The notes below the pieces were generated by a model. That model saw nothing but the letters and a program-made list of their open reading frames with translations. It had not been told where the DNA came from and made no database searches. Positions 1 through 9,354 of a DNA stretch of 64,000 bases are shown piece by piece. Origin of the DNA: Myxococcota bacterium. Its GTDB lineage: Bacteria; Myxococcota_A; SURF-8. How positions within the stretch are numbered: the stretch's first letter is position 1; each line of letters begins with the position of its first letter. The stretch is from the NCBI GenBank assembly GCA_963674735.2, contig CAXXQS010000001.1, forward strand, positions 608,001 to 672,000, written 5' to 3'. The position numbers and the translations under genes are program-made.

Positions 1-42
1 CTCGTTCGTTGCTGTCGTTCATTCGGAGTCAGGGAGTCCCAC

Positions 43-1068
43 ATGCCGTTTCCTTCCGTTTATTTGTCCAAGCCCGCCATTACATTACCGAAAGATGAAT
101 ATCGAAACGAAAACGTGATGGAGCTGATACGTGAGAATTATTCCGGCGATCAAAACAACTGGCCGTTGATCGAAAACGCGATTCGGAAGGTCTGGGAACT
201 GTGCGACACGAAAACGCGCTACCTGGACCTCGACGTCACCCACCGCGTGGCCGACTATGCCGTCCGGAGCTCCAAAGACTGTCTGGCGCAGAATGCGGTC
301 GAAGCGGATCGGCTCGACATGGTCATTTACGGGGGGATCGCCCGTGAATATTTCGAACCCTCGACCGCCATGGAGGTGGCGGGCAAGCTGGGACTCGAAG
401 CCGTGCATGCTTTCGACGTGACGAGCGCCTGTGCCGGTCTGCTGGAAGGCGTGCATATCGCCGCTTCGCATTTGAATATGCGCGAAGATTACCAGTATGC
501 GCTGGTTTGTTCGGCGGAACTGACGCGCGAGTTTCTGTCGTTCGATATCCAGAAGCCGGAGGAATTGGTTACGAAAATCGCCGGGTTGACCATCGGCAAC
601 GCCGCCGCCGCCTGGCTCGTCGGAAAAACGCCGTTTCCGGGCGGTTGCGTGAAGCTGGTCGAGATGCAGAATTACAGCCTGCCGGGTCACTGGGATCTGT
701 GTAGCGCGCCGATCGACGGCTCCTTCGCGTCGTTTTCCCAGGAATTGTTCAAGCTGAACGTGCATTGCGCCCCGCAGATGAAAATCATGCTGGACGGCCT
801 GGGCTGGGAGGTCGCCGATATCGATCATTTCGTCTTCCATCAGCCGAGCAAAACCGTCGTTGAGAAGGTTCTGTCCGACTTGGGCGCGGATCCGCAAAAA
901 GCGGTCTACAGCCATCATCTGTACGCGAATACCTCCAGCACCACCGTTCCTGTGGCCATGCATCAGCTTTTGCAGGAACGCAAACCGAAAGCCGGTGACA
1001 AGTTTCTGTTCTCGACGGCCGCCGCCGGTTTCACCATCGTCAACGCCGCCGGCGAGTGGGTGGAGTGA
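43..1068 (+). CDS. OleA-like / 3-oxoacyl-ACP synthase III (FabH-family) condensing enzyme
   Basis: 341 aa; FDVTSAC (catalytic Cys), HQPS (His), YANTSS (Asn) triad, plus the EPSTA Glu motif and AGLTIGNAAAA segment typical of OleA-type thiolases; GGGAG RBS upstream. Confidence 0.85.
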   Translation: MPFPSVYLSKPAITLPKDEYRNENVMELIRENYSGDQNNWPLIENAIRKVWELCDTKTRYLDLDVTHRVADYAVRSSKDCLAQNAVEADRLDMVIYGGIAREYFEPSTAMEVAGKLGLEAVHAFDVTSACAGLLEGVHIAASHLNMREDYQYALVCSAELTREFLSFDIQKPEELVTKIAGLTIGNAAAAWLVGKTPFPGGCVKLVEMQNYSLPGHWDLCSAPIDGSFASFSQELFKLNVHCAPQMKIMLDGLGWEVADIDHFVFHQPSKTVVEKVLSDLGADPQKAVYSHHLYANTSSTTVPVAMHQLLQERKPKAGDKFLFSTAAAGFTIVNAAGEWVE

Positions 1069-1072
1069 AAAG

Positions 1073-2179
1073 ATGGGAAAGAACCTGGACGTCTATCGCA
1101 TCCTTCGCCGCAACTTCGGGATCTATTTGCGCCCTCTGGCCACATTCGGACTCTTGCAGGCCCGCCATTTGTTCGATGGCTCCGCGCGTGCGCTGGATCA
1201 CGTTTTGTTTCCCGGCTTTCGCAACGTGCCGATCGAGAAGCCGGTCTTCATCATCGGCAATCCGCGCAGCGGAACCACGTTCGTCCATCGCTTTCTGCTC
1301 CATACCGAGCGGCTTTGCGCCTTCGAACTGTGGGAGATGCTGTTTACCGGCATCGCCGCGCGCAAGCTGATGAAACCACTGGTCGGCGCGCTGGCTCCGT
1401 TGTCGCCCGCTCGCTATCACAGTTCGGACGCGCACGAAACCAGCCTGCGGGACGTGGAAACCGACGACGTGATGGGCTTCTTCAAGTACCTGGACGGCGG
1501 GTTTCTCTGGTCCTATTTCCTGGCCTGGGAGGATCGGTGGGGCAGCGAGCTTTCGAAAACCTATTTCGAGGCGGCCCACATTCCGCGCGAGCGAACCGAC
1601 CGCTTGTTCCGCTATATGGAAGGCTGCTGGCGGCGCAACATGTATTTGAAGCAGCGCAACCGCATGATCGTCAAGTCGAGTCTGTTCACGCTCCAGGTCG
1701 ATGAACTGCTGAATCGCTACCCCGATTGCAAGCTGATTTACATCGTGCGCGATCCGGTCGAGACCATCCCCTCGGGTATGTCGCTGTTGTCGGGAGTCCT
1801 CGAAAATGCGTATCAGATGACGCAGCGAACGCAGCCGGAGAAGCGCGCGCACTACTACGAAAATCTGTACCAGGCCTCGTGTCAACTCTTCCGCAGCTTT
1901 GACGACCGTGTGCAGCTCGGCGGGATTCCGGAACGCAATCTGCGCATCGTCACCTATCCGAGCTTGATGAACGAGCTTGAAAGTACGATGGAAAGCCTGG
2001 TCGACTTCCTCGATATCGATCCCGCCTCCGGATTTGCCGAGCGGCTGACAACGCAGGCGGAAAAACAGCGCAGTCACACGAGCAGCCATCGGTACTCGCT
2101 GGAGAAATTCGGCCTCGACGAAAAACGAATCCGCGAAGATCTGGCCTTTCTCTACGATCGCTACGATCTGCAGCCTTAG
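1073..2179 (+). CDS. PAPS-dependent sulfotransferase family protein
   Basis: IIGNPRSGTT 5'-PSB loop and IYIVRDP..S 3'-PB motif. Start placed at ATG 1073 (MGKNLDV), 4 nt after the upstream stop; the ORF-track extension to 860 overlaps the previous gene. Confidence 0.88.
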   Translation: MGKNLDVYRILRRNFGIYLRPLATFGLLQARHLFDGSARALDHVLFPGFRNVPIEKPVFIIGNPRSGTTFVHRFLLHTERLCAFELWEMLFTGIAARKLMKPLVGALAPLSPARYHSSDAHETSLRDVETDDVMGFFKYLDGGFLWSYFLAWEDRWGSELSKTYFEAAHIPRERTDRLFRYMEGCWRRNMYLKQRNRMIVKSSLFTLQVDELLNRYPDCKLIYIVRDPVETIPSGMSLLSGVLENAYQMTQRTQPEKRAHYYENLYQASCQLFRSFDDRVQLGGIPERNLRIVTYPSLMNELESTMESLVDFLDIDPASGFAERLTTQAEKQRSHTSSHRYSLEKFGLDEKRIREDLAFLYDRYDLQP

Positions 2180-2329
2180 GCCGCAGGCCCTAGGCGCGGT
2201 GTTCACGAGGCTACGCAAGCGGGGAAGGGCTATTGGGGATGGGATGGCAGTTTGTTGCCTACTTTCTTGTAGTTGAAATTCGCCTTGCTATGGATGAGAG
2301 GTTATCTGTTTTATAGCGGTGGAATCGGT

Positions 2330-3007
2330 TTAGTTATCGTTTACGCCCATAATGATTCTCCACATGGACTCATTGTAATCATAGGAATGCTTGCCGTAAA
2401 TCAAGTTCCACACGATTTTGATATTCCATGTTGTTACAAAGAGATAGGCACAAAAAAATGTACCCGGAGGGATGAAAATCATAGAGCTTCCATCATACCA
2501 ATGCACCAGGATGAAAACGCTTCCCCAAAGGCACAAACTGGAGAGAAGAAAAAACGTCAAGTAACAAAACACCCAGTATCTATGAGTCATTCTCAGGAAA
2601 ATGAGATCTATGGCTCTTGAGACACCAGAAGAATCTGTATCCTGTCTAGTTTCAATAAGCGGATATTGCCTGAATTCTCTTAGCGCGTTCTCCCAACCCA
2701 TAAATCTGTTCGCGCGTAGATATCCAAGAGCAAGTCCTTCCAGAATTCGATAGTATCCAACGATGCGGGTAATCGTTGTGGCCTTGTCAAAAAAAACAAG
2801 CCAGGCTGGTAAAAGGATAACAAGCGGTAGGAGAAAAATGATGCCAAGGAAAAGTCTGTTTTCCTGTGCAAATGCAGATCCTATTCCGAGTAAAGCTCCC
2901 GTTGCTGCTACAGACGATGTTAAAAAGGTGATCTGACAACCTTTCAAACTAACCAGTTCGTCTCGAAGGCTATCCTTTTCGCTTTCAAAGAAATTATCGA
3001 TTTGCAT
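2330..3007 (-). CDS. Hypothetical multi-pass membrane protein (about 4 TM) in an AT-rich island
   Basis: 225-aa ORF with hydrophobic segments; GAGG RBS-like sequence upstream; local GC much lower than flanks (20/60 G+C at 2401-2460). Confidence 0.7.
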   Translation of the reverse strand: MQIDNFFESEKDSLRDELVSLKGCQITFLTSSVAATGALLGIGSAFAQENRLFLGIIFLLPLVILLPAWLVFFDKATTITRIVGYYRILEGLALGYLRANRFMGWENALREFRQYPLIETRQDTDSSGVSRAIDLIFLRMTHRYWVFCYLTFFLLSSLCLWGSVFILVHWYDGSSMIFIPPGTFFCAYLFVTTWNIKIVWNLIYGKHSYDYNESMWRIIMGVNDN

Positions 3008-3178
3008 CCGCGTACCTCAGTCACCAGCTAGACATTTGCCTGCGGCTTGTTACGGCCACTCCTCGTTGAAGCAAAATCATCCCAATGCTAATAGTCACAA
3101 ATGAACTACCAATACCGATATTAAAAGTAAAAGTCAACAAAACTCAAACGCATCCGTTCCTGCCCACTGCGTTTGATC

Positions 3179-3206
3179 TTGACACGCTCCGCGTTTCTGG
3201 CAAGAT
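3179..3206 (+). promoter_or_regulatory. Putative sigma70 promoter for queF
   Basis: TTGACA (3179-3184), 16 bp spacer, TGgCAAGAT extended -10-like element. Confidence 0.35.
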
Positions 3207-3255
3207 AGGCCACCTTGACACGCCGGAAGCAATCCGGCCATCCGGGAGGTCCGCT

Positions 3256-3612
3256 ATGCCCAGTCAGCCGTCGAAAGATATGGAACGATTCCCCAATCCC
3301 AACCCCGATCGGGATTATGAGATTCGCATTACCTCGCCCGAGTTCACCGCCCTGTGCCCGTGGACCGGCCAGCCGGATTTCGCCGAAATCGAGATCGCCT
3401 ATATCCCCGACGAATGGTGCGTGGAACTGAAATCCTACAAACTCTATCTGTGGTCGTTTCGCGAGGAAGGGCACAGCCACGAAGCCGTTACCAACCGCAT
3501 TCTCGACGACCTGGTCGCGCTCATGTCTCCGCGCAAGCTCACGGTCGTCGGCCGCTTCAACGTGCGTGGCGGCATCACCACGACCGTCACCGCCGATTAC
3601 CACAAGCCCTAA
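3256..3612 (+). CDS. queF: preQ0 reductase (preQ1 synthase) QueF, unimodular type
   Basis: [26 protein letters not shown] QueF motif, SHE, FNVRGGI; ATG 3256 with GGGAGG RBS. Confidence 0.95.
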   Translation: MPSQPSKDMERFPNPNPDRDYEIRITSPEFTALCPWTGQPDFAEIEIAYIPDEWCVELKSYKLYLWSFREEGHSHEAVTNRILDDLVALMSPRKLTVVGRFNVRGGITTTVTADYHKP

Positions 3613-3654
3613 ATGTAAGGGGTTTCGCGTCTTTGGCGTGTGTTTCGCGAAAGA

Positions 3655-4944
3655 TTAAAACGGTTCCAGCTCATCCGTACCGAAGGTTTCCGCGTAGGCT
3701 TTGCGCAACCCCATGCAGAGGTCTCTGTAGCTGCAATGGGCGCAGGCGCGCGCTTTGACGAAGTCATCACTCGACCCCAGGAGTTCGGCCGGGGCGGCGA
3801 GACCGATCAAGTCGGGCCGACCCGCAACGGAACAGAGGGGCGGGGCGCAGTTGGTGGCGAAGCCGTGGTGACGGACCAGGCTGCCTTTCAGAAGATCCAG
3901 CGATTCGATCAAGGGACGGCGCAATGCGGAAAGCCGTGGCAAAAAAAGCCGGTGAGCGGCGCGATTTTCCTCGATCGGCGCGGGAAAGGAGAACATCAGC
4001 GACAAACCGCGCCCGGCCTCTTGCGCTTCGGCGATGAGGAGGCGGGTCAGGTCGGGTAACGCCGCGAGGTTTTGGCGTGTCATCACCACATTGACACTCA
4101 ACCACAAGGGGGAACGTAAAACGTTGCGCAAACCGGCCAGGGTCTTGTCGAAGGCTCCGCGGACGCCCGTAATCTCGGCGTTCAAATCCTCGTTGTGAGC
4201 GTGCAGGCTCAGGAAAACGTGATCGAGTCTCGCTTCAACCAGGGGATCGAAAACGCGCGGGTCGGCCAGGCGCATGCCATTGGTCAACAGCATGGTGCTC
4301 AGCGCCCCGTGCTTTCGGGCGAGTCGTAGCAGGTCCGGCAGGTCGTCGCGCAAGGTGGGTTCGCCTCCCGAAAACGACAGGATGTGCAGGCCGCGTTCGG
4401 CCAGCCAGCGGATGGTGTTTTCGATGAGGGCCAGCGGCGGGTCTTGGCTTTCCCGGCGCGCCCAGCAAAATGGGCAGGCTTCGTTGCAGCGATACGTCAC
4501 CCGGATTTCGGCTTCGCGCAAGCGCCCGTTGGGCGTGGTAACCTCGTTGACCATGATGTAATCGCTCGATAGCCGGTCGGGGGCCGTGGGCGTGCTGAAC
4601 GCGGGTTGCGCCGTTTTCTTTTCGTTGGGCCGAGGTGCGGCAGGCTTGGTGCGCTGTGCGGAAGGAGTCGGCGCGGGAAGGATGGCCCGGCAGCCCGCCA
4701 GCACGAGGGCCTGTCGCAGTTTGGGGTGCGCCGACAAAACGGGACCGTCCTGCACGTCGATGCGAAGGGCTGGGGCGGTTTCTTTGGCCGCCTGTATCAG
4801 GCGCACGCAATCCAGCGCCTCGCGGGGCGTTTGCGGAACAAGCAGGAGGTCCGTTTTCCCCTCGGCTTGTGCAGTGGCGATTTGAGCGAGCGCCTTTTCA
4901 ATCGAGAAGGGCCGGGGCAGATTCATCGGGTGTATGGATGCCAT
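3655..4944 (-). CDS. Radical SAM protein with C-terminal Cys cluster (SPASM/twitch-like)
   Basis: RCNEACPFC (CxxxCxxC), SGGEP, TNG, C-terminal CAHCSYRDLCMG. Confidence 0.85.
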   Translation of the reverse strand: MASIHPMNLPRPFSIEKALAQIATAQAEGKTDLLLVPQTPREALDCVRLIQAAKETAPALRIDVQDGPVLSAHPKLRQALVLAGCRAILPAPTPSAQRTKPAAPRPNEKKTAQPAFSTPTAPDRLSSDYIMVNEVTTPNGRLREAEIRVTYRCNEACPFCWARRESQDPPLALIENTIRWLAERGLHILSFSGGEPTLRDDLPDLLRLARKHGALSTMLLTNGMRLADPRVFDPLVEARLDHVFLSLHAHNEDLNAEITGVRGAFDKTLAGLRNVLRSPLWLSVNVVMTRQNLAALPDLTRLLIAEAQEAGRGLSLMFSFPAPIEENRAAHRLFLPRLSALRRPLIESLDLLKGSLVRHHGFATNCAPPLCSVAGRPDLIGLAAPAELLGSSDDFVKARACAHCSYRDLCMGLRKAYAETFGTDELEPF

Positions 4945-5037
4945 GGTGAAAATACAAACTCCACTTGGCAGTTCAATAGCTTCATCGCGATGATAGCTTA
5001 CCTGCGCCGCTTTGCCAAATGCGATTCGCCGGTTTTA

Positions 5038-6333
5038 TTATGAATGTTCGATTTCGTGCTCGTTGTTCTCTTGCTCGCACAGGCGACGCAGGGCGCCCGG
5101 ATAAATGGGAAAACGGTCGGCCAGGTCGAGTGTTTCCTCCCGAATCCCGCGCAGGATGGCCTTGTCCTCGGAGTGGGTGAGGGCGGTATCCATCAGGTGT
5201 GCCAGATGCCGCATCTCATTTTCCTTCAAACCGCGCGTGGTCATGGCCGGGGTGCCCAGGCGAATGCCGCTGGATTTGACGGGCGGGAGCGGGTCGAAGG
5301 GAATCTGGTTGTTGTTGACCGTGATCCCGACTTTGTCGAGAATGCGTGTGGCTGCGATGCCGGTCAAGCCGCGCTTGGCCACATCCACCACCACCAGATG
5401 GTTGTCGGTGCCGCCGGTTACGATGCGCCAATCCCGTTCTTTAAGCCCCTCCGCCAAAGCCTTGGCATTGGCCAGGATCTGGACCTGGTAGTCTTTGAAG
5501 TCGGGTTGCAGCGCTTCTTTGAACGCGACCGCTTTGGCCGCGATCACATGCATCAGAGGGCCGCCCTGCAAGCCGGGGAAAACGGCCGAATCGACGGCTT
5601 TCGCGTGTTCGGCTTTGCACATCAGCATGCCGCCGCGCGGACCGCGCAGGGTTTTATGCGTCGTGGTGGTGACGATGTCGCACAGGGGCACCGGGTCGGG
5701 GTGCAGACCGGCGGCGATGGGACCGGCGATGTGGGCGATATCGGCCATTAAAAGGGCTCCGACTTCGTCGGCGATTTCGCGAAAAGCCTCAAAATCGATG
5801 GTGCGCGGGTAACTGGAAGCGCCTACCACGATCAGGCGCGGGCGCGATTCGTGGGCGATGCGGCGCACTTCGGACATGTCGAGCATTTCCGTTTCGCGAT
5901 CGACGCCGTACGATACGATATCGAGGATTTTGCCCGAGAAATTGCGTTCGTGCCCATGCGACAAATGGCCGCCGTGGTCGAGACGCAACCCCATGACTTT
6001 GTCGCCGCCGGATAGAAACGAGAAATAAACCGCCATGTTGGCCTGGGAGCCCGAATGCGGTTGAACGTTGACGTGTTCGGCTCCGAACAGCTTTTTCGCC
6101 CGTTCGATGGCCAGTTCTTCGGCCGTGTCCACCCACTCGCAACCGCCGTAGTAGCGATGATGCGGATACCCTTCGGCGTATTTGTTGGTGAGCGCCGAGC
6201 CCTGGGCGTCCATGACGGCCGCCGAAACGTAGTTTTCGCTGGCGATCATTTCGATCTGGACGTGTTCACGGCGGATTTCGCGACGTACGGCTCGATAAAT
6301 TTCAGGATCCACCCGACGGAGTTCGTTCAGCAT
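5038..6333 (-). CDS. glyA: Serine hydroxymethyltransferase
   Basis: [35 protein letters not shown] (PLP Lys), [15 protein letters not shown]. Confidence 0.97.
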   Translation of the reverse strand: MLNELRRVDPEIYRAVRREIRREHVQIEMIASENYVSAAVMDAQGSALTNKYAEGYPHHRYYGGCEWVDTAEELAIERAKKLFGAEHVNVQPHSGSQANMAVYFSFLSGGDKVMGLRLDHGGHLSHGHERNFSGKILDIVSYGVDRETEMLDMSEVRRIAHESRPRLIVVGASSYPRTIDFEAFREIADEVGALLMADIAHIAGPIAAGLHPDPVPLCDIVTTTTHKTLRGPRGGMLMCKAEHAKAVDSAVFPGLQGGPLMHVIAAKAVAFKEALQPDFKDYQVQILANAKALAEGLKERDWRIVTGGTDNHLVVVDVAKRGLTGIAATRILDKVGITVNNNQIPFDPLPPVKSSGIRLGTPAMTTRGLKENEMRHLAHLMDTALTHSEDKAILRGIREETLDLADRFPIYPGALRRLCEQENNEHEIEHS

Positions 6334-6425
6334 GTAACTTCCTTTGCCATAGAATTTCGGTTACGAAAACAAGCTGGACGATCCGGTTTCCCGATCAGTC
6401 GGGCGGCCGGGCCCGGCTTGCGGGA

Positions 6426-6911
6426 TCAGTCGTCGTAGAAATTGAATTCCTGGGTTTCCAGGATGTTTTTCGGACTATCGAGATATTTGATCAGTCCGGC
6501 TATCAGTTTGTAGTGTTTATCCTCTTCTTTTACCAAAAGCGCCAGAATTTCTTGCGCTTTGGGATCGAATTGACGTACAGCCTCGTTTTGATAGTGGTTT
6601 CGAGCGCGCTCTTCAAACTGCAAAGCCGCATGCAAAACCTCCAGCAGGCCCACTTCGTTCGATAAAAAGTCGATATCGTTCATCGCGGCGCTTTTCAGGA
6701 TATCTTTGACTCGCGTCATCGACGAGGAAAGCGTCAGATTGTCGAGCACGCCATCACGGATCTGCTCCAGCAAGGTGGCGTGGTCGAGTTCGTCCTGCGC
6801 CAGGTTTTCAAGAATGTTGCGTACGCCGGGGTCTTTCGCCAGAGCCGCCTTTTCCTTGTAAAATTCGTGGCCTTTATACTCGAATTCGATCGCTTCTTCC
6901 AGAATATTCAT
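6426..6911 (-). CDS. Rubrerythrin/ferritin-like di-iron protein
   Basis: Two E...ExxH half-sites (EFE..FY / DELDH and QFE..HY / EEDKH); ATG 6911 with GAGGAG RBS. Confidence 0.85.
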   Translation of the reverse strand: MNILEEAIEFEYKGHEFYKEKAALAKDPGVRNILENLAQDELDHATLLEQIRDGVLDNLTLSSSMTRVKDILKSAAMNDIDFLSNEVGLLEVLHAALQFEERARNHYQNEAVRQFDPKAQEILALLVKEEDKHYKLIAGLIKYLDSPKNILETQEFNFYDD

Positions 6912-7319
6912 GGTCGGCTCCTCAATGGTCATGGGGTTTGCATTTGCAAGACTGCTCACGCTGTTCCGGTTTATAAATGCAACGATAACCGTTTCATTCG
7001 ATACCGGCAAGTGAAAAGGGTTGATTCTTGCATTTACGCGGTAAGATCGTCCGCTTGCCGGAAATCATCCCGAAAAGCCGAAAAAAACCGCCGACCGTAA
7101 AAACAAGACGTCTTCATACCGACATTTTCTTGACAAAGCGGTAAAGATATTGTTGACTCGGAAAGACGCGATTTTTCTGACGAATCGAAAAATTATACCC
7201 CGAGCCCGTGGCTTCAACAAACACGCGGAGGGGAGTGGGATCGGCGTACACGGTGGCGTATCTGCGCATACCGGTTCACACCGCTTGGTTGCGATGTTCT
7301 TGTAGGAAGAGGAGGCACT

Positions 7320-9098
7320 ATGGCCCAGCACAGCCCATATCATGTTGATGAAGCGAAACCTTGGTTTACCACCGAAGCCGGATGGCCCGATGAAGTACCC
7401 AAGAATATGGATTTCCCCGATATTTCGCTCAGCGATATGCTACGCGAATCCGCTCGTAAATGGCCGAACAACAACGTTGCCTGGTTCCTCGATACCTTCA
7501 TGACGTTCAAGGAGCTGGATGATTATGTGGATCATTACGCCTCGGCCTTGCACCAGTTGGGTGTGAAAAAGGGCGAGGTGGTCTGTTTGTTGCTGCCCAA
7601 CAGTTTGCAGTATTTAGTCGGTTATTATGCCTGTATGCGTCTGGGCGCCATCGCCTCCGGTGTCAATCCGACCTACAAGCCGATGGAGATTCTGCATCAG
7701 CTCAAAACGCTGGATGGACATTATCTGCTGGTGCTGGATGCCCTGTATGAACCGGCCATCGCCCCGATTATCGGGCAGTCGCCGATCAAAAAGGTGATGG
7801 TCACCAATATCACCGACCTGCTCAAGATGTCGGGGCTCAAAAAGATGCTGGGTAAAATGCTGGGCAAGATTCCCAGCGGTCCGACCCCGCCGGACGCCTT
7901 GAATTTCAAAGAAATGCTGAAAACGCCCGTCGATCTGCCGCAGGTGGACGTGAAGGGAGACGACGTCGCCACCTACATCATGACCGGCGGAACGACCGGC
8001 GTGCCCAAGGCGGCGATTCTGAGTCATTTCAACTGTGTATCGAATGCGTTGCAGGCGGAGAAGTGGCTGTTCAAAGTTCGTCCCGGCGGTTGTAACGTCG
8101 GCGTGCTGCCGCTTTTCCACAGTTTTGCCATGACCTGCGTGATGAATATCACCATTCGTGTCGGGGCCTGGATGATGCTGTTCCCGCGTCCGCCCGAGAC
8201 GGAAGAACTGATCGAGCGCATTACCACCCTCGGCGTCGACGATCACACCATGTATTGCGGAGCGGAAATTCTGTTCCAGCGTATGGCGGAGCATCCCGGC
8301 GTGCAAGATAGTGGAATCAACAAGAAACTGGCCTTGTGCGTCTCCGGTGCGGGACCACTGCATCGGCCGGTGCAAAAGGCTTTCGAGGACAAAACCGGAG
8401 GGCGTCTGGCGGAAGGATTCGGCCTCACCGAGTCGTCTCCGGTTGTGTCGGCGCATCCCTTCTGGGGCAATCGCGTGATCGGTTCCATCGGCTTGCCGTT
8501 CCCCGGCACCGACTGGCTGATCATGGATTCCGACAACTTCGGGACGGAGCGGGTTCCCTGCCCGGACGGCGTCGAGCCCGACCAGGAAACGCATATGGGC
8601 GAGCTCTGCGTGGCGGGTCCGCAGGTGATGGTGGGCTATTTGAATCGCCCGGAAGAGACGGCCGATACGATCATGGAATACAACGGGAAACGCTGGCTGC
8701 GTACCGGCGATATCGGTTTCATGGACGAAAAAGGGCGTGTCTATATCCGCGACCGCAAAAAGCAGTTGATCAAATACAAGGGCTACTCGGTCTTCCCCAA
8801 GGAAGTGGAGGAATTGGTCGGCCAGCACGAATGTGCGCGTGAAGTCGCGGTGGCGGGGTTGCCGAGCCACGATACCGGTGAGCGCATCAAAGCCTGGGTG
8901 GTTCTGAACGAGAACTTCAAAGGCAAGATCACCGAGGAAGACCTGATGGTATGGTGCAAGGAAAACATGACCCACTACAAGGTTCCGAGTTTTATCGAGT
9001 TTATCGATGAACTGCCCAAGACCCTGGTGGGCAAGGTGTTGCGCCGTGAACTCCAGGAAAACGATCCGATCTACCAGGAGTATCACAAAACGAAATAA
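7320..9098 (+). CDS. Long-chain fatty acid--CoA ligase (AMP-binding family)
   Basis: MTGGTTGVPK P-loop, EGFGLTE, TGD, DRKK, KVLRR; GAGGAGG RBS. Confidence 0.92.
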   Translation: MAQHSPYHVDEAKPWFTTEAGWPDEVPKNMDFPDISLSDMLRESARKWPNNNVAWFLDTFMTFKELDDYVDHYASALHQLGVKKGEVVCLLLPNSLQYLVGYYACMRLGAIASGVNPTYKPMEILHQLKTLDGHYLLVLDALYEPAIAPIIGQSPIKKVMVTNITDLLKMSGLKKMLGKMLGKIPSGPTPPDALNFKEMLKTPVDLPQVDVKGDDVATYIMTGGTTGVPKAAILSHFNCVSNALQAEKWLFKVRPGGCNVGVLPLFHSFAMTCVMNITIRVGAWMMLFPRPPETEELIERITTLGVDDHTMYCGAEILFQRMAEHPGVQDSGINKKLALCVSGAGPLHRPVQKAFEDKTGGRLAEGFGLTESSPVVSAHPFWGNRVIGSIGLPFPGTDWLIMDSDNFGTERVPCPDGVEPDQETHMGELCVAGPQVMVGYLNRPEETADTIMEYNGKRWLRTGDIGFMDEKGRVYIRDRKKQLIKYKGYSVFPKEVEELVGQHECAREVAVAGLPSHDTGERIKAWVVLNENFKGKITEEDLMVWCKENMTHYKVPSFIEFIDELPKTLVGKVLRRELQENDPIYQEYHKTK

Positions 9099-9121
9099 GG
9101 CTCGGCCGTTTTGTCATCACG

Positions 9122-9145
9122 AACCCCGCTGCGGCGGGGTTTTTT
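9122..9145 (+). terminator. Intrinsic terminator after the acyl-CoA ligase gene
   Basis: AACCCCGC-TGCG-GCGGGGTT followed by a T run. Confidence 0.8.
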
Positions 9146-9155
9146 CGTGCTCCGC

Positions 9156-9226
9156 CGTCATTCCCGCGAAAGCGGGAATCCATCGTCCTATGAGCAGCCT
9201 GGATCCACGCGTGCGTGGGGTTGACG
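9156..9226. repeat. REP/dRS3-like inverted doublet
   Basis: CGTCATTCCCGCGAAAGCGGGAATCCA (9156-9182) and a degenerate inverted partner TGGATCCACGCGTGCGTGGGGTTGACG (9200-9226); ATTCCC-N8-GGGAAT core. Confidence 0.7.
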
Positions 9227-9270
9227 ATCTATCGCGTGTCGCCGCATGTAAATGAATTGTTCTTGAGGTT

Positions 9271-9293
9271 AGAGCAGGTCTCTGACCTGCTCT
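9271..9293. repeat. Perfect 10-bp palindromic hairpin (REP-like)
   Basis: AGAGCAGGTC-TCT-GACCTGCTCT. Confidence 0.5.
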
Positions 9294-9354
9294 TTAGAGG
9301 GAAAGGAGCCCGTCGCAGCCGCGTTCCAACACAGGAACTTCCCGAACCTGTTTT

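Noticed and set aside
860-1072. N-terminal extension of the sulfotransferase ORF, or a frameshift fusion with the OleA-like gene
   Set aside because: The extension overlaps the upstream gene, is not protein-like, and no slippery site is evident; ATG 1073 explains the gene.
2180-3046. 9-bp inverted repeat GCCGCAGGC/GCCTGCGGC around the AT-rich gene as IS ends
   Set aside because: Short, GC-rich, no target duplication or transposase, and it does not match the island's right edge.
3085-3255. preQ1 riboswitch or N-terminal extension of queF
   Set aside because: No preQ1 aptamer consensus or A-rich tail; the RBS supports ATG 3256.
6334-6425. ZMP/ZTP riboswitch upstream of glyA
   Set aside because: Only a loose GCCGCCCG resemblance; the conserved 5' GACUGGCG and 3' CGCCUGGGC elements are absent.
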